Below, piece by piece: positions 9,339-17,235 of a stretch of DNA of 42,721 bases. Below the pieces are notes generated by a model. It saw only the letters and a list, made by a program, of their open reading frames with translations. It was not told the DNA's origin and ran no database searches. Position 1 is the first letter of the stretch, and each line of letters opens with the position of its first letter. The position numbers and the translations under genes were made by a program. Source of the stretch: a virus (taxonomy: Duplodnaviria; Heunggongvirae; Uroviricota; Caudoviricetes); the IMG/VR virus record IMGVR_UViG_2703718828_000007, one strand, 5' to 3'.

Positions 9339-9878
9339 ATGCAGTCACTATCACTTCATCAAAATAGCGGATATCAAACGGCTGCGATGATAAATCGCAA
9401 TCAACCTGTCTCGGTAGATAAACATGACCAGATCCGCGATGCCGTTCGTGCGTGGGCGGGTGTAGATGGTCAGGATGTCGTTTCTGCTCTGATCATCGAA
9501 GAGTACCAGGCTCAAGGGGGAGACGAGATCACTTTCCCTGATGACCTCAGCCGACAGCGTCAGAAGCTTTTCCGCTTTCTGGATAACCATTTCAACAGCG
9601 AACGGTACCGCGAAAACGTTCGCCAGCTGACTCCGGCAATCCTCGCTGTCCTGCCGATTGAATACCGCAATCGTCTGCTACCAGAAGACAACGTAATGGC
9701 TCGTCTGGCAAGGCTGGAGAAGGAAACCAGCGAAGCGAAGATTGCTGTCGCAATGGATGCGCCACGTCATCAGAAGCTGAAAGAGTTGAGCGAGGGGATC
9801 GTGGAGATGTATCGCGTTGACCCTGGGTTAACCGGTCCGTTGATGGAAATGGTGCAGATTATGCTGGGGGCTATATGA
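9339..9878 (+). CDS. YdaT-like protein (Rac-type early module)
   Basis: 179 aa; segments EEYQAQGGDE and TPAILAVLPIEYRNRLL resemble Rac YdaT as recalled; position after cro-like gene. Confidence 0.45.
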   Translation: MQSLSLHQNSGYQTAAMINRNQPVSVDKHDQIRDAVRAWAGVDGQDVVSALIIEEYQAQGGDEITFPDDLSRQRQKLFRFLDNHFNSERYRENVRQLTPAILAVLPIEYRNRLLPEDNVMARLARLEKETSEAKIAVAMDAPRHQKLKELSEGIVEMYRVDPGLTGPLMEMVQIMLGAI

Positions 9879-9929
9879 CCGGTTCAAAAATGGCGAAAGC
9901 CGCGGTGCTCGAACACCAACGGCTTTCAG

Positions 9930-10871
9930 GTGCAAAAACAGTGCGTAATTGCGGAGAACAGTATGTCAAACACCGCTGAAATAATCAATTTCCCAAATAA
10001 AACCGAACAACCGGGAGGTCGTATGGCCGACCTGTCGAACGGGTATACCAAGGTCGCTAACGAGATCCAACAGCTTAAGCCTCGCCTGAGACTGTCAGGC
10101 CGGGAATGGCAATGTTTTGAGGCGGTGATCTGGCTTACCTACGGCTGGAACAAGAAACAGGACCGCGTGACAAATACGGTTATTGCCGAGCTTACGGGCC
10201 TGAGCGATACGCATGTATCGGACGCGCTTAAGTCTCTCGCAGAACGCAAAATCATCTTTTCACAGAAGCAGGGCATGATGAAAATCGTCGGTGTAAACAC
10301 TGACCTTTCAGCATGGATTTTAGACAAACCGGAAACGGGAAGAAAATTCCCGAAAACGGGAAAATCCTTCCCGAAATCAGGAATAACCTTCCCGAAAACG
10401 GTAGACACCCAATACAAGAACAAGAACAGTATTAAAAGATCTTCGTCCGAGAATTCTGACGAATCCTCTGACGCACGTCTGAAGAAATTTTTATCAACTC
10501 ATCCTGAAGCTGCGGTCTACACACCATCCGGTGCGAAGTGGGGCTCTGCTGAAGACCTCGAGACAGCTAAGTGGATTTCCTCCAGGGTGAAGCTGATTAA
10601 CCCAACCTGCAAAGCCCCGGACATGACCTCCTGGTCTAACACTGTTCGCCTGATGCGCCAGATAGACAACCGGTCGCACCAGGACATCTGCGCGCTGTAT
10701 GACTGGGCTAGCAAACACCACTTCTGGCAGACCAACATCCTGAGTCCCGAAAGCCTGCGTAAGCAGTGGGACAAGCTGACAATGCAGCGTAACGCCGGAG
10801 GTGAGCAGCGCGCTGTCAAGCCAGATCTGGACTTCAACAACACTGACTGGGCCTATGGGGTGATCCGATGA
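9930..10871 (+). CDS. Replication initiator, lambda O-like, with internal origin iterons
   Basis: 313 aa; four 21-bp-periodic repeats in mid-gene encoding FPKTG/FPKSG/FPKT; 4-nt overlap with P-like gene. Confidence 0.6.
   Translation: MQKQCVIAENSMSNTAEIINFPNKTEQPGGRMADLSNGYTKVANEIQQLKPRLRLSGREWQCFEAVIWLTYGWNKKQDRVTNTVIAELTGLSDTHVSDALKSLAERKIIFSQKQGMMKIVGVNTDLSAWILDKPETGRKFPKTGKSFPKSGITFPKTVDTQYKNKNSIKRSSSENSDESSDARLKKFLSTHPEAAVYTPSGAKWGSAEDLETAKWISSRVKLINPTCKAPDMTSWSNTVRLMRQIDNRSHQDICALYDWASKHHFWQTNILSPESLRKQWDKLTMQRNAGGEQRAVKPDLDFNNTDWAYGVIR
10326..10409 (+). repeat. Iteron array (candidate replication origin) inside O-like gene
   Basis: Four direct repeats of TTCCCGAAAACGGGAA-like units starting at about 10326, 10347, 10368, 10389, followed by an AT-rich tract. 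Confidence 0.5.
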
Positions 10872-11557
10872 AATCTCTTGCAGAGCAGATGCGTAACCAC
10901 GACCGCGAGCAGATGAGCCGCATGGCCCATAACCTGCCAGAGCAGTACCAGGAGTGCGCGCCGGTCGAGCAGGTGGCGCAGGTATTCAACAAGCTGTTCA
11001 ACGAGCTGCGCGCCGCGTTCCCGGCCAGCATGGCGAACTTCCGCACCCAGGAAGACCTGAACGAATTCCGCCGTCAGTGGCTGCTGGCGTTTCAGGAGAA
11101 CGGGATCCACACCATGGCTCAGGTCGATGCCGGCATGCGCATTGCCCGCCGCCAGGAGCGCCCATTCCTGCCGTCGCCGGGCCAGTTCGTCGCCTGGTGC
11201 AAGCAGAGCGGCGGCGCGCTGGGCGTCAACGTTGACCAGGTGATCGCCGAATACTGGGACTGGCGTAACCGCTCGTTCGAATTCATCTCCAGCGAGCAAT
11301 TTCCATGGTCGCAGCCGGTCATGTACCACATTTGCGTAGAATTGCGCCACCGCAGCACCGAGCGCCAGTTAACGCATGGTGAACTGGCACGCGAGGCAGG
11401 CGATCTGCTGGACATGTGGGAAAGGCGCGTCACCGAGGGTAAGCCAGTGCCGCCGGTACGCCGGGCTATTGCCGCACCAGCTGCCGAGCAAGGGCCGACG
11501 CCGATCCAGCTGCTGCTGGCCAAGTACAACCGCAACAAGTCGAACGGGATGGTGTGA
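10868..11557 (+). CDS. Replication protein P-like (helicase loader)
   Basis: 229 aa, translationally coupled to O-like gene; assignment mainly by position and size. Confidence 0.5.
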   Translation: MKSLAEQMRNHDREQMSRMAHNLPEQYQECAPVEQVAQVFNKLFNELRAAFPASMANFRTQEDLNEFRRQWLLAFQENGIHTMAQVDAGMRIARRQERPFLPSPGQFVAWCKQSGGALGVNVDQVIAEYWDWRNRSFEFISSEQFPWSQPVMYHICVELRHRSTERQLTHGELAREAGDLLDMWERRVTEGKPVPPVRRAIAAPAAEQGPTPIQLLLAKYNRNKSNGMV

Positions 11558-11558
11558 C

Positions 11559-11799
11559 ATGAACATAACAATCCGTGAGCAGGTGCTGGCAGCCCTGCGC
11601 AACAACCCAGGGTTGAACAACGCCAAACTGGCAGGGCTTCCCGGAGTGGTACATCATCGATCAGGACTATCGGGGGCAGAAGTACGCGAAGGACAAGCAG
11701 GTTGCGCGTTGTGGCAACGCAGTTCCGCCGCCATTCGCCGAGGCACTGGTGAGGGCTAATTTACCGGAGCTTTGTCAGCAGAAAGAGATCGCAGCTTAA
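11559..11799 (+). pseudogene. Frameshifted C-terminal remnant of a C5-cytosine DNA methyltransferase
   Basis: Frame +1 reads WQGFPEWYIIDQDYRGQKYAKDKQVARCGNAVPPPFAEALVRANL (QGFP and GNAV motifs of motifs IX-X); ATG at 11559 is in another frame; no N-terminal catalytic domain present. Confidence 0.45.
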
Positions 11800-11898
11800 T
11801 GTCCGAGTTTCAGAACATGGTGTAACAAATCCTGCTACTTCAATGACGTAGATTCAAACCTGATATAATTAGGCTCTTCACAACACGAGGAGCCTAAA

Positions 11899-12135
11899 AT
11901 GCACCATTACATGATCCCTATCAACGGAACTGTTCACCTGATCAAGACTGACTCTCTAATCCCTGAAGGGACTGAGTATAGCTTTGAAGGAGAAAGTCTA
12001 ATCTGCGCTCATGCCACTTTTAAATCTGGGACGTATGGCTTCCTGATACCAAAGGGAAATCAGTTGAATAGAGAGCATGCGTTCTGGCATGTAAGTGGAA
12101 TTCACCCTAATCCCCTGGGAATGGATAAATCGTAA
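11899..12135 (+). CDS. Hypothetical small protein (78 aa), moron-like
   Basis: GAGGAG RBS, AT-rich upstream with TATAAT-like -10; flanked by duplicated methyltransferase 3' tails. Confidence 0.4.
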   Translation: MHHYMIPINGTVHLIKTDSLIPEGTEYSFEGESLICAHATFKSGTYGFLIPKGNQLNREHAFWHVSGIHPNPLGMDKS

Positions 12136-12404
12136 TCCATAATATGCATGCCATCGTCCTGAACATACGGTGGCATGCATCCGGCACTACAACAGAAACG
12201 TTAAAGTGCAAACAATACAATTCGAGCAATATTCAACCTGTCACAGATGGCGAATACCACCGCCATTTCGTGCATTCTGTGGTTTCTATTACCCATTGCG
12301 TTAATGCTGTCCAATCATCAGCTCGCTGAGGCGCTGGTTAGGGCTAACCTACAGGAGCTTTGTCAGCAGAAACAAATAGCGGCGTAATAAAACATCGCTA
12401 ATTC

Positions 12405-12432
12405 AACCCGCTACGGCGGGTTTTCTTTTTTT
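12405..12432 (+). terminator. Rho-independent terminator
   Basis: CCCGC-TACG-GCGGG hairpin followed by T-run. Confidence 0.5.
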
Positions 12433-12494
12433 ACTACTGACAGAAAATTAACAATTTGTGCTCTTAAAGCGTTGATCATTTCCGCGCATAGGTA

Positions 12495-12514
12495 TACTGT
12501 ATAAAAACACAGTA
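12495..12514 (+). promoter_or_regulatory. LexA box (SOS operator) upstream of dinI-like gene
   Basis: TACTGTATAAAAACACAGTA matches CTGT-N8-ACAG consensus perfectly. Confidence 0.65.
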
Positions 12515-12532
12515 AATGCAATGGGGGCCATT

Positions 12533-12766
12533 ATGAAAGTTGAATTAACCATTGATCGCATGAAAGAACTTCCTAAAGGCGCAGTACCAGCACTGGAGAA
12601 AGAACTGCTTAAGCGCCTGAATGATCACTATGACAATTGCAGGCTCACAATCCGCCGTGCCGGGGCCGATGGGTTAAGTGTTTTTGGTGGTGACAAGGAC
12701 GATAAAAAGAAAATTGAATCAATCCTCCAGGATACCTGGGAAAGCGCTGACGACTGGTTTTATTAG
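12533..12766 (+). CDS. dinI: DinI-family DNA-damage-inducible protein
   Basis: MKVELTIDRMKELPKGAVPALEKEL ... ILQDTWESADDWFY closely resembles DinI (from memory); GGGGG RBS; LexA box upstream. Confidence 0.75.
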   Translation: MKVELTIDRMKELPKGAVPALEKELLKRLNDHYDNCRLTIRRAGADGLSVFGGDKDDKKKIESILQDTWESADDWFY

Positions 12767-12883
12767 AATTGCGCTTAAGGCTGGCGCGCATTTTTCAGAA
12801 TACCGCAATTTGCGTAACCCTCTGATGCTGCTGCCGACAATCTTTAATCGCGTCTGTTAGTCGCTCGAAGGGAGAACATAAAT

Positions 12884-13132
12884 GTGAGTGATTCAGCTTT
12901 GCAAACGTCAGAAGACAACTGGTATGACATTGTAAGAAGGTCTGACGGCTGCGTGGTGTTTAGCTTTCCTTCATCGGGCAGGCATCTAATTTATCGCGTC
13001 AATGGCATGGTTTCTATGCGGCCTTTGCTGGATGATGAAGAGGTCTTTACTCCTAATGGTTTTATGCAGTTTATTAACCGTCTCGGCTACCGGGTAACCC
13101 AACCTTCTGATAATATGAAATCAACGGTCTGA
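12884..13132 (+). CDS. Hypothetical protein (82 aa)
   Basis: ORF with GGGAG RBS; GTG start per track. Confidence 0.35.
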   Translation: MSDSALQTSEDNWYDIVRRSDGCVVFSFPSSGRHLIYRVNGMVSMRPLLDDEEVFTPNGFMQFINRLGYRVTQPSDNMKSTV

Positions 13133-13166
13133 ACAACCGTAACCTACTGCGCCACGGAGAGAAACC

Positions 13167-13766
13167 ATGGCGCACGAACTACAACTCATCAAGCAGTCAT
13201 CAGGAATCCTGATCCCCGCGACGCCGGAGACCAGCGATATTCTGCAATCAAAAATCAAACTCGGCGCCGTGCTGGTAGCCGAATTTCGCCAGGTGAGGAA
13301 TCCCGCATTCCATCGCCGTTTTTTTGCGCTCCTGAATCTCGGGTTTGAATACTGGGAACCTACTGGAGGGGCGATATCCAGCAATGAGCGTAAGCTCGTA
13401 AATGGTTATGCTAAATTCCTCGCGGCATTTGGTGGAAACGAAGGCGCACTGCTGGATGCTGCCGAGCAATATCTGGACCGCATCGCCGATAAGCGCGCCG
13501 GTAGCATCAGCATCTGCAAATCCTATGATGCTTATCGCGCCTGGGTGATCGTCGAGTCTGGTCACTATGACGCTATTCAGCTTCCTGACGGAACACTTCG
13601 CAAACATCCCCGCAGTATTGCCTTCGCTAACATGGACGAAACCGAGTTCCAGCAGCTGTACAAAGCCGCGCTCGATGTTCTGTGGCGATGGATACTCTCC
13701 CGATCATTTCGCAGTTGTGAAGAGGCAGAAAACGCCGCCGCCCAGCTGATGAGCTTTGCGGGGTGA
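13167..13766 (+). CDS. Nin-region phage protein (DUF1367/YbcN-like, tentative)
   Basis: 199 aa; sits upstream of YbcO-like and RusA as in DLP12 nin region. Confidence 0.4.
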   Translation: MAHELQLIKQSSGILIPATPETSDILQSKIKLGAVLVAEFRQVRNPAFHRRFFALLNLGFEYWEPTGGAISSNERKLVNGYAKFLAAFGGNEGALLDAAEQYLDRIADKRAGSISICKSYDAYRAWVIVESGHYDAIQLPDGTLRKHPRSIAFANMDETEFQQLYKAALDVLWRWILSRSFRSCEEAENAAAQLMSFAG

Positions 13767-13972
13767 TGGCGATGAAATTTTCCTGGTTCCACCATCACGA
13801 ATGCACCACCGAACAGGCCGACGAGCTGGTGGAGAAATACCGGGCGCGCGGTGTAAAGACAGAGCGCAGCCTGAATCGCGACAACATCACCTGGACCGTC
13901 AGCGCGCAATTGCCGGAAGGCGACAACGCGCCTCGCCCGAGCCGGGTATGGCAAAGCAAGGCGTGGGGGTGA
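13766..13972 (+). CDS. Hypothetical small protein (68 aa) of nin region
   Basis: ATG overlaps upstream stop (TGATG); between YbcN-like and YbcO-like genes. Confidence 0.35.
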   Translation: MAMKFSWFHHHECTTEQADELVEKYRARGVKTERSLNRDNITWTVSAQLPEGDNAPRPSRVWQSKAWG

Positions 13973-13974
13973 GC

Positions 13975-14265
13975 ATGGCAAATTTACGCAAAGAGGCTCG
14001 TGGTCGTGATTGTCAGGTTCGAATTCCCGGCGTCTGCAACGGTAACCCGGAAACGTCTGTACTGGCGCACATTCGCCTGGCCGGGTTATGTGGCACCGGA
14101 ATCAAACCGCCTGATCTGATTGCCACCATTGCATGCTCTGCCTGTCACGACGAGATCGACCGCCGTACACATTTTGTCGATGCTGAGTATGCTAAAGAAT
14201 GCGCGCTGGAAGGTATGGCGAGAACGCAGGTTATCTGGCTGAAAGAGGGGGTAATCAAGGCGTGA
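13975..14265 (+). CDS. YbcO-like protein (DUF1364, putative nuclease)
   Basis: 96 aa from internal Met [14 protein letters not shown]..; Cys/His-rich; immediately upstream of rusA. Confidence 0.5.
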   Translation: MANLRKEARGRDCQVRIPGVCNGNPETSVLAHIRLAGLCGTGIKPPDLIATIACSACHDEIDRRTHFVDAEYAKECALEGMARTQVIWLKEGVIKA

Positions 14266-14624
14266 ATACTTACAACATCACATTGCCCTGGCCGCCGAGC
14301 AATAACAGCTACTACCGCCATAATCGCGGGCGCACGCACATCAGCGCAGAAGGGCAGGCATACCGCGATAACGTCGCCCGAATCATTAAAAACGCAATGC
14401 TGGATATCGGTCTGACTATGCCTGTGAAAATCCGCATTGAGTGCCACATGCCGGATCGCCGTCGCCGTGACCTGGATAATCTGCAAAAGGCCGCTTTTGA
14501 CGCACTCACCAAAGCAGGTTTCTGGCTGGACGATGCTCAGGTCGTTGATTATCGCGTTGTGAAGATGCCCGTTACCAAAGGTGGAAAGCTGGAACTGACA
14601 ATCACCGGGCTGGAGGCCGTATGA
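14262..14624 (+). CDS. rusA: Holliday junction resolvase RusA
   Basis: GTG start; 120 aa [50 protein letters not shown]... nearly identical to E. coli RusA as recalled. Confidence 0.85.
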   Translation: MNTYNITLPWPPSNNSYYRHNRGRTHISAEGQAYRDNVARIIKNAMLDIGLTMPVKIRIECHMPDRRRRDLDNLQKAAFDALTKAGFWLDDAQVVDYRVVKMPVTKGGKLELTITGLEAV

Positions 14625-14754
14625 CATTTGAATCCTGTTTTTCCGATCACCTCCGCGTTCGCTGGCAGCGGCTTCGCTTATACCACTTTCCCGGCTCTGT
14701 GCTAACGGACTACCGGATACTGAAAAATTACATCAAAACCATAGGCGGTGCTGT

Positions 14755-15444
14755 ATGAACACTCAATTCCTCGAATACGTGCGCCAGCAGCTGATGGTGG
14801 CTACCGCCGATTTAAGTGGTGCGACGAAAGGGCAGTTGATGGCGTGGCTTGAGAACGCGCAGTTTGATACGGGAACGTTTAAACGTAAGAAGCCTCGAAT
14901 ATTGGATGAAGTGACCGGGAAAATGATTACGCTTGATAACCCACCGATTCCCGGCAAACAGTCGCATACCAAGGGTTCGCATATTCCCTTGGTGCAACCG
15001 GTTGAGTATTCAACGGCATCGTGGCGCCGCGCACTGATGACGCTCGAAGAACACCAGAAGGCCTGGTTGCTATGGAACTATAGCGAGAATGTGAGTTGGG
15101 ATAATCAGGTGCTGATTACTCAGTGGGCGTGGTCGAAATTTTGCGAGCATCTGGCCGGGAGGAAGGTGGCGAAGAAGACCGTCGAACGGTTGCGACAGCT
15201 TATCTGGCTGGCGGCACAGGATGTGAAGGCTGAATTGGCTGGGCGTGATGTCTATCAATATGGTGATCTGGCTGCGCTGGTGGGAGTTAACAAAACAAAC
15301 TGGTCTCAAAATTACGTGGAACATTACAATGTAATTATCAGCCTGTATAAGGGACTCGACTCCAAGGCGCTACTTCATGTTTCGCGATCACGTTCACAAC
15401 AAAAGGCAGCAAACTATCAGCAAGGTATTGCAAAAATGAACTAA
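14755..15444 (+). CDS. Late-gene antiterminator, Q-like (tentative)
   Basis: 229 aa; last gene before PR'-like promoter, tR'-like terminator and lysis region. Confidence 0.45.
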   Translation: MNTQFLEYVRQQLMVATADLSGATKGQLMAWLENAQFDTGTFKRKKPRILDEVTGKMITLDNPPIPGKQSHTKGSHIPLVQPVEYSTASWRRALMTLEEHQKAWLLWNYSENVSWDNQVLITQWAWSKFCEHLAGRKVAKKTVERLRQLIWLAAQDVKAELAGRDVYQYGDLAALVGVNKTNWSQNYVEHYNVIISLYKGLDSKALLHVSRSRSQQKAANYQQGIAKMN

Positions 15445-15456
15445 TTAGCATATATT
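15428..15456 (+). promoter_or_regulatory. PR'-like late promoter
   Basis: TTGCAA, 17-nt spacer, TATATT overlapping the Q-like stop codon. Confidence 0.4.
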
Positions 15457-15490
15457 TCGTGTAAATTTGATATTGTGCCAACAGTATATA

Positions 15491-15516
15491 AACCCGCCAG
15501 TGAGCGGGTTTTTTAA
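15491..15516 (+). terminator. tR'-like rho-independent terminator
   Basis: ACCCGC-CAGTGA-GCGGGT hairpin followed by TTTTTT; about 35 nt after predicted late start site. Confidence 0.6.
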
Positions 15517-15866
15517 TTTTGCGGAATACTTTTTTAATCGCAGAAAAGCATGTCGTTTCGTTTTGATAGGAAAAAACGATGGATAGGCAACACAAGGCTC
15601 TAATGTGCGTAAGTTTGATGGATATGATAATTACGCACAGCTTATCAACAATATTTTGCTATTAGTTAAGTTGTGAATAACTTTTTTTGTTGATAACTCT
15701 TTTTTCTGTGGATAAGTCTGTAGGTTTATTAAATTCTTATGCACAAGTAGAACGCTGATGGTCCTGTACAATCCCGTAAAAGCTTCAATACTGATGACAG
15801 CAATATAAAAACCTATCCAGTGAAGCTATTGAAAACATACAGAATTTAGTTTTCTTCGGGAAAATT

Positions 15867-16622
15867 ATGTCAGGACAGCCTGAGTCAAAAGAACAAGAAC
15901 TGCTTGCAACAATCCTCGATTACTTCCAGAAGGGAGAAGTCCCGGATACAGACACTATTGCGGAAATTGAGCACGACATTGCTAAACTTCCAATAAGTGA
16001 GCGCGCACATGCGTATGCATGGCTTAATGGAACTCTCGGGCGTCACTCTGATGCAGTACGTTTATTCAAAGACGCGATGAGCTCTGGGAGTCCAACGATC
16101 GCACAAAACTACTTGGCGTATCTTTCTCGTTCGGCTCATAACTATGAGCATCGCGTTGAGTTGTTTAGAATAGTTGAGCTTTTCCCTTCACATGAACTGA
16201 GGCTTGTAGCAAGAAACGCTGCATTTTGTATCGGCAACGACAAGTTGGTTAAAAAGTTCTCCCTCAAAATGGCTGCTCTTTATGATGGCCAAGAGCGAGA
16301 GGATATAATCAATCAGGGAAATTATATGGCTGAACAGATTGTTGATTTCAAAAACGCTACCCGTCTTTCTTCTCGAGAACTAGAAGCCCTTTGCGATCAA
16401 GCTGAAGAGATTGCGAACAAGCGCGGTATTAACTGTTCAAGTGTTAGCTATTATCTTGGTGGAGATGATGACAATGCATTCATCGTTAGAGCCCAAACTG
16501 CTGATCCGCAGGTTTTAGCTGAAATGAACATGGAACTGTTGGTTTTGCTCTCAGATGATAGTTATCGGAACAGCCCTTTTACATCCTGGTTCCAAAGCGA
16601 TGAAAAAAGAGGGATTTACTGA
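15867..16622 (+). CDS. Hypothetical protein (251 aa), gene 1 of AT-rich two-gene cassette
   Basis: No recognisable motif; predicted helical; stop overlaps gene 2 start (TGATG). Confidence 0.6.
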   Translation: MSGQPESKEQELLATILDYFQKGEVPDTDTIAEIEHDIAKLPISERAHAYAWLNGTLGRHSDAVRLFKDAMSSGSPTIAQNYLAYLSRSAHNYEHRVELFRIVELFPSHELRLVARNAAFCIGNDKLVKKFSLKMAALYDGQEREDIINQGNYMAEQIVDFKNATRLSSRELEALCDQAEEIANKRGINCSSVSYYLGGDDDNAFIVRAQTADPQVLAEMNMELLVLLSDDSYRNSPFTSWFQSDEKRGIY

Positions 16623-17026
16623 TGAGCGTATCGGGGAAAGATTTTATTGTTTTTGCTGGTAAATGCATTTCTCACAACGATGAAATCGGTTACAGAAACG
16701 CCATTGGTCGAGCGTATTATGGAGTTTATCATGAAACGCTTGATAAGCTTGAGAAATGCCCAAACAAGTCGTCACACCAAGCTGTTCGCGACTATCTTAC
16801 AAATGATGCATGGTTAAAAGGAAATGAGCCGTTTGAAAAAATGAAACTCATTTCTATGGGAACAATGCTGAGACATTTGCATACCCGACGTAAATGGGCA
16901 GATTACGAGCTTGATAGAACTTTAAGTAAGGCTGATGCGGAAGCTATATTGATAATGGCTAACAAAGCTATTGACACCCTTCAGCAGATGTATGAGCAGG
17001 TTTATCCATCCGAACCTGCTGCTTGA
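16622..17026 (+). CDS. Hypothetical protein (134 aa), gene 2 of cassette; tentative HEPN-like R-x6-H spacing
   Basis: GRAYYGVYH segment; translationally coupled to gene 1; terminator follows. Confidence 0.6.
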   Translation: MSVSGKDFIVFAGKCISHNDEIGYRNAIGRAYYGVYHETLDKLEKCPNKSSHQAVRDYLTNDAWLKGNEPFEKMKLISMGTMLRHLHTRRKWADYELDRTLSKADAEAILIMANKAIDTLQQMYEQVYPSEPAA

Positions 17027-17043
17027 TTATCTATTCGAAATAA

Positions 17044-17067
17044 CCTCGCTTAAGCGGGGTTTTTTTA
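17044..17067 (+). terminator. Rho-independent terminator after two-gene cassette
   Basis: CCTCGC-TTAA-GCGGGG hairpin (one G-U pair) followed by TTTTTTT. Confidence 0.55.
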
Positions 17068-17235
17068 TGCCTTCGCACCTCCATTTCGGAGGTATTTTGC
17101 TGTGAAAATGGGCGGCTGGTGGATGTTGGAGCACCCACCAGCCATCAGCTCATGCTTTCAGGTCACAAGCTAACCAAGGCCCATTGCTTTAGCGCAAAAG
17201 CAAAGAGAGCCTATCAGAGTTACGCTTATTGATCT

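Noticed and set aside
11376-11558. N-terminal extension of track ORF 11376-11759 overlapping the P-like gene
   Set aside because: Out of frame inside the P-like gene; plausible ATG at 11559 lies right after the P stop, and the methyltransferase motifs are in a third frame
12144-12329. 61-aa ORF starting at the 10-bp palindrome
   Set aside because: No RBS; begins inside a perfect inverted repeat; overlaps the degenerate methyltransferase tail in another frame
13756-14261. Long N-terminal extensions of the YbcO-like and RusA ORFs in the track
   Set aside because: Extensions overlap upstream genes; RusA and YbcO-like sequences start at internal codons with proper spacing
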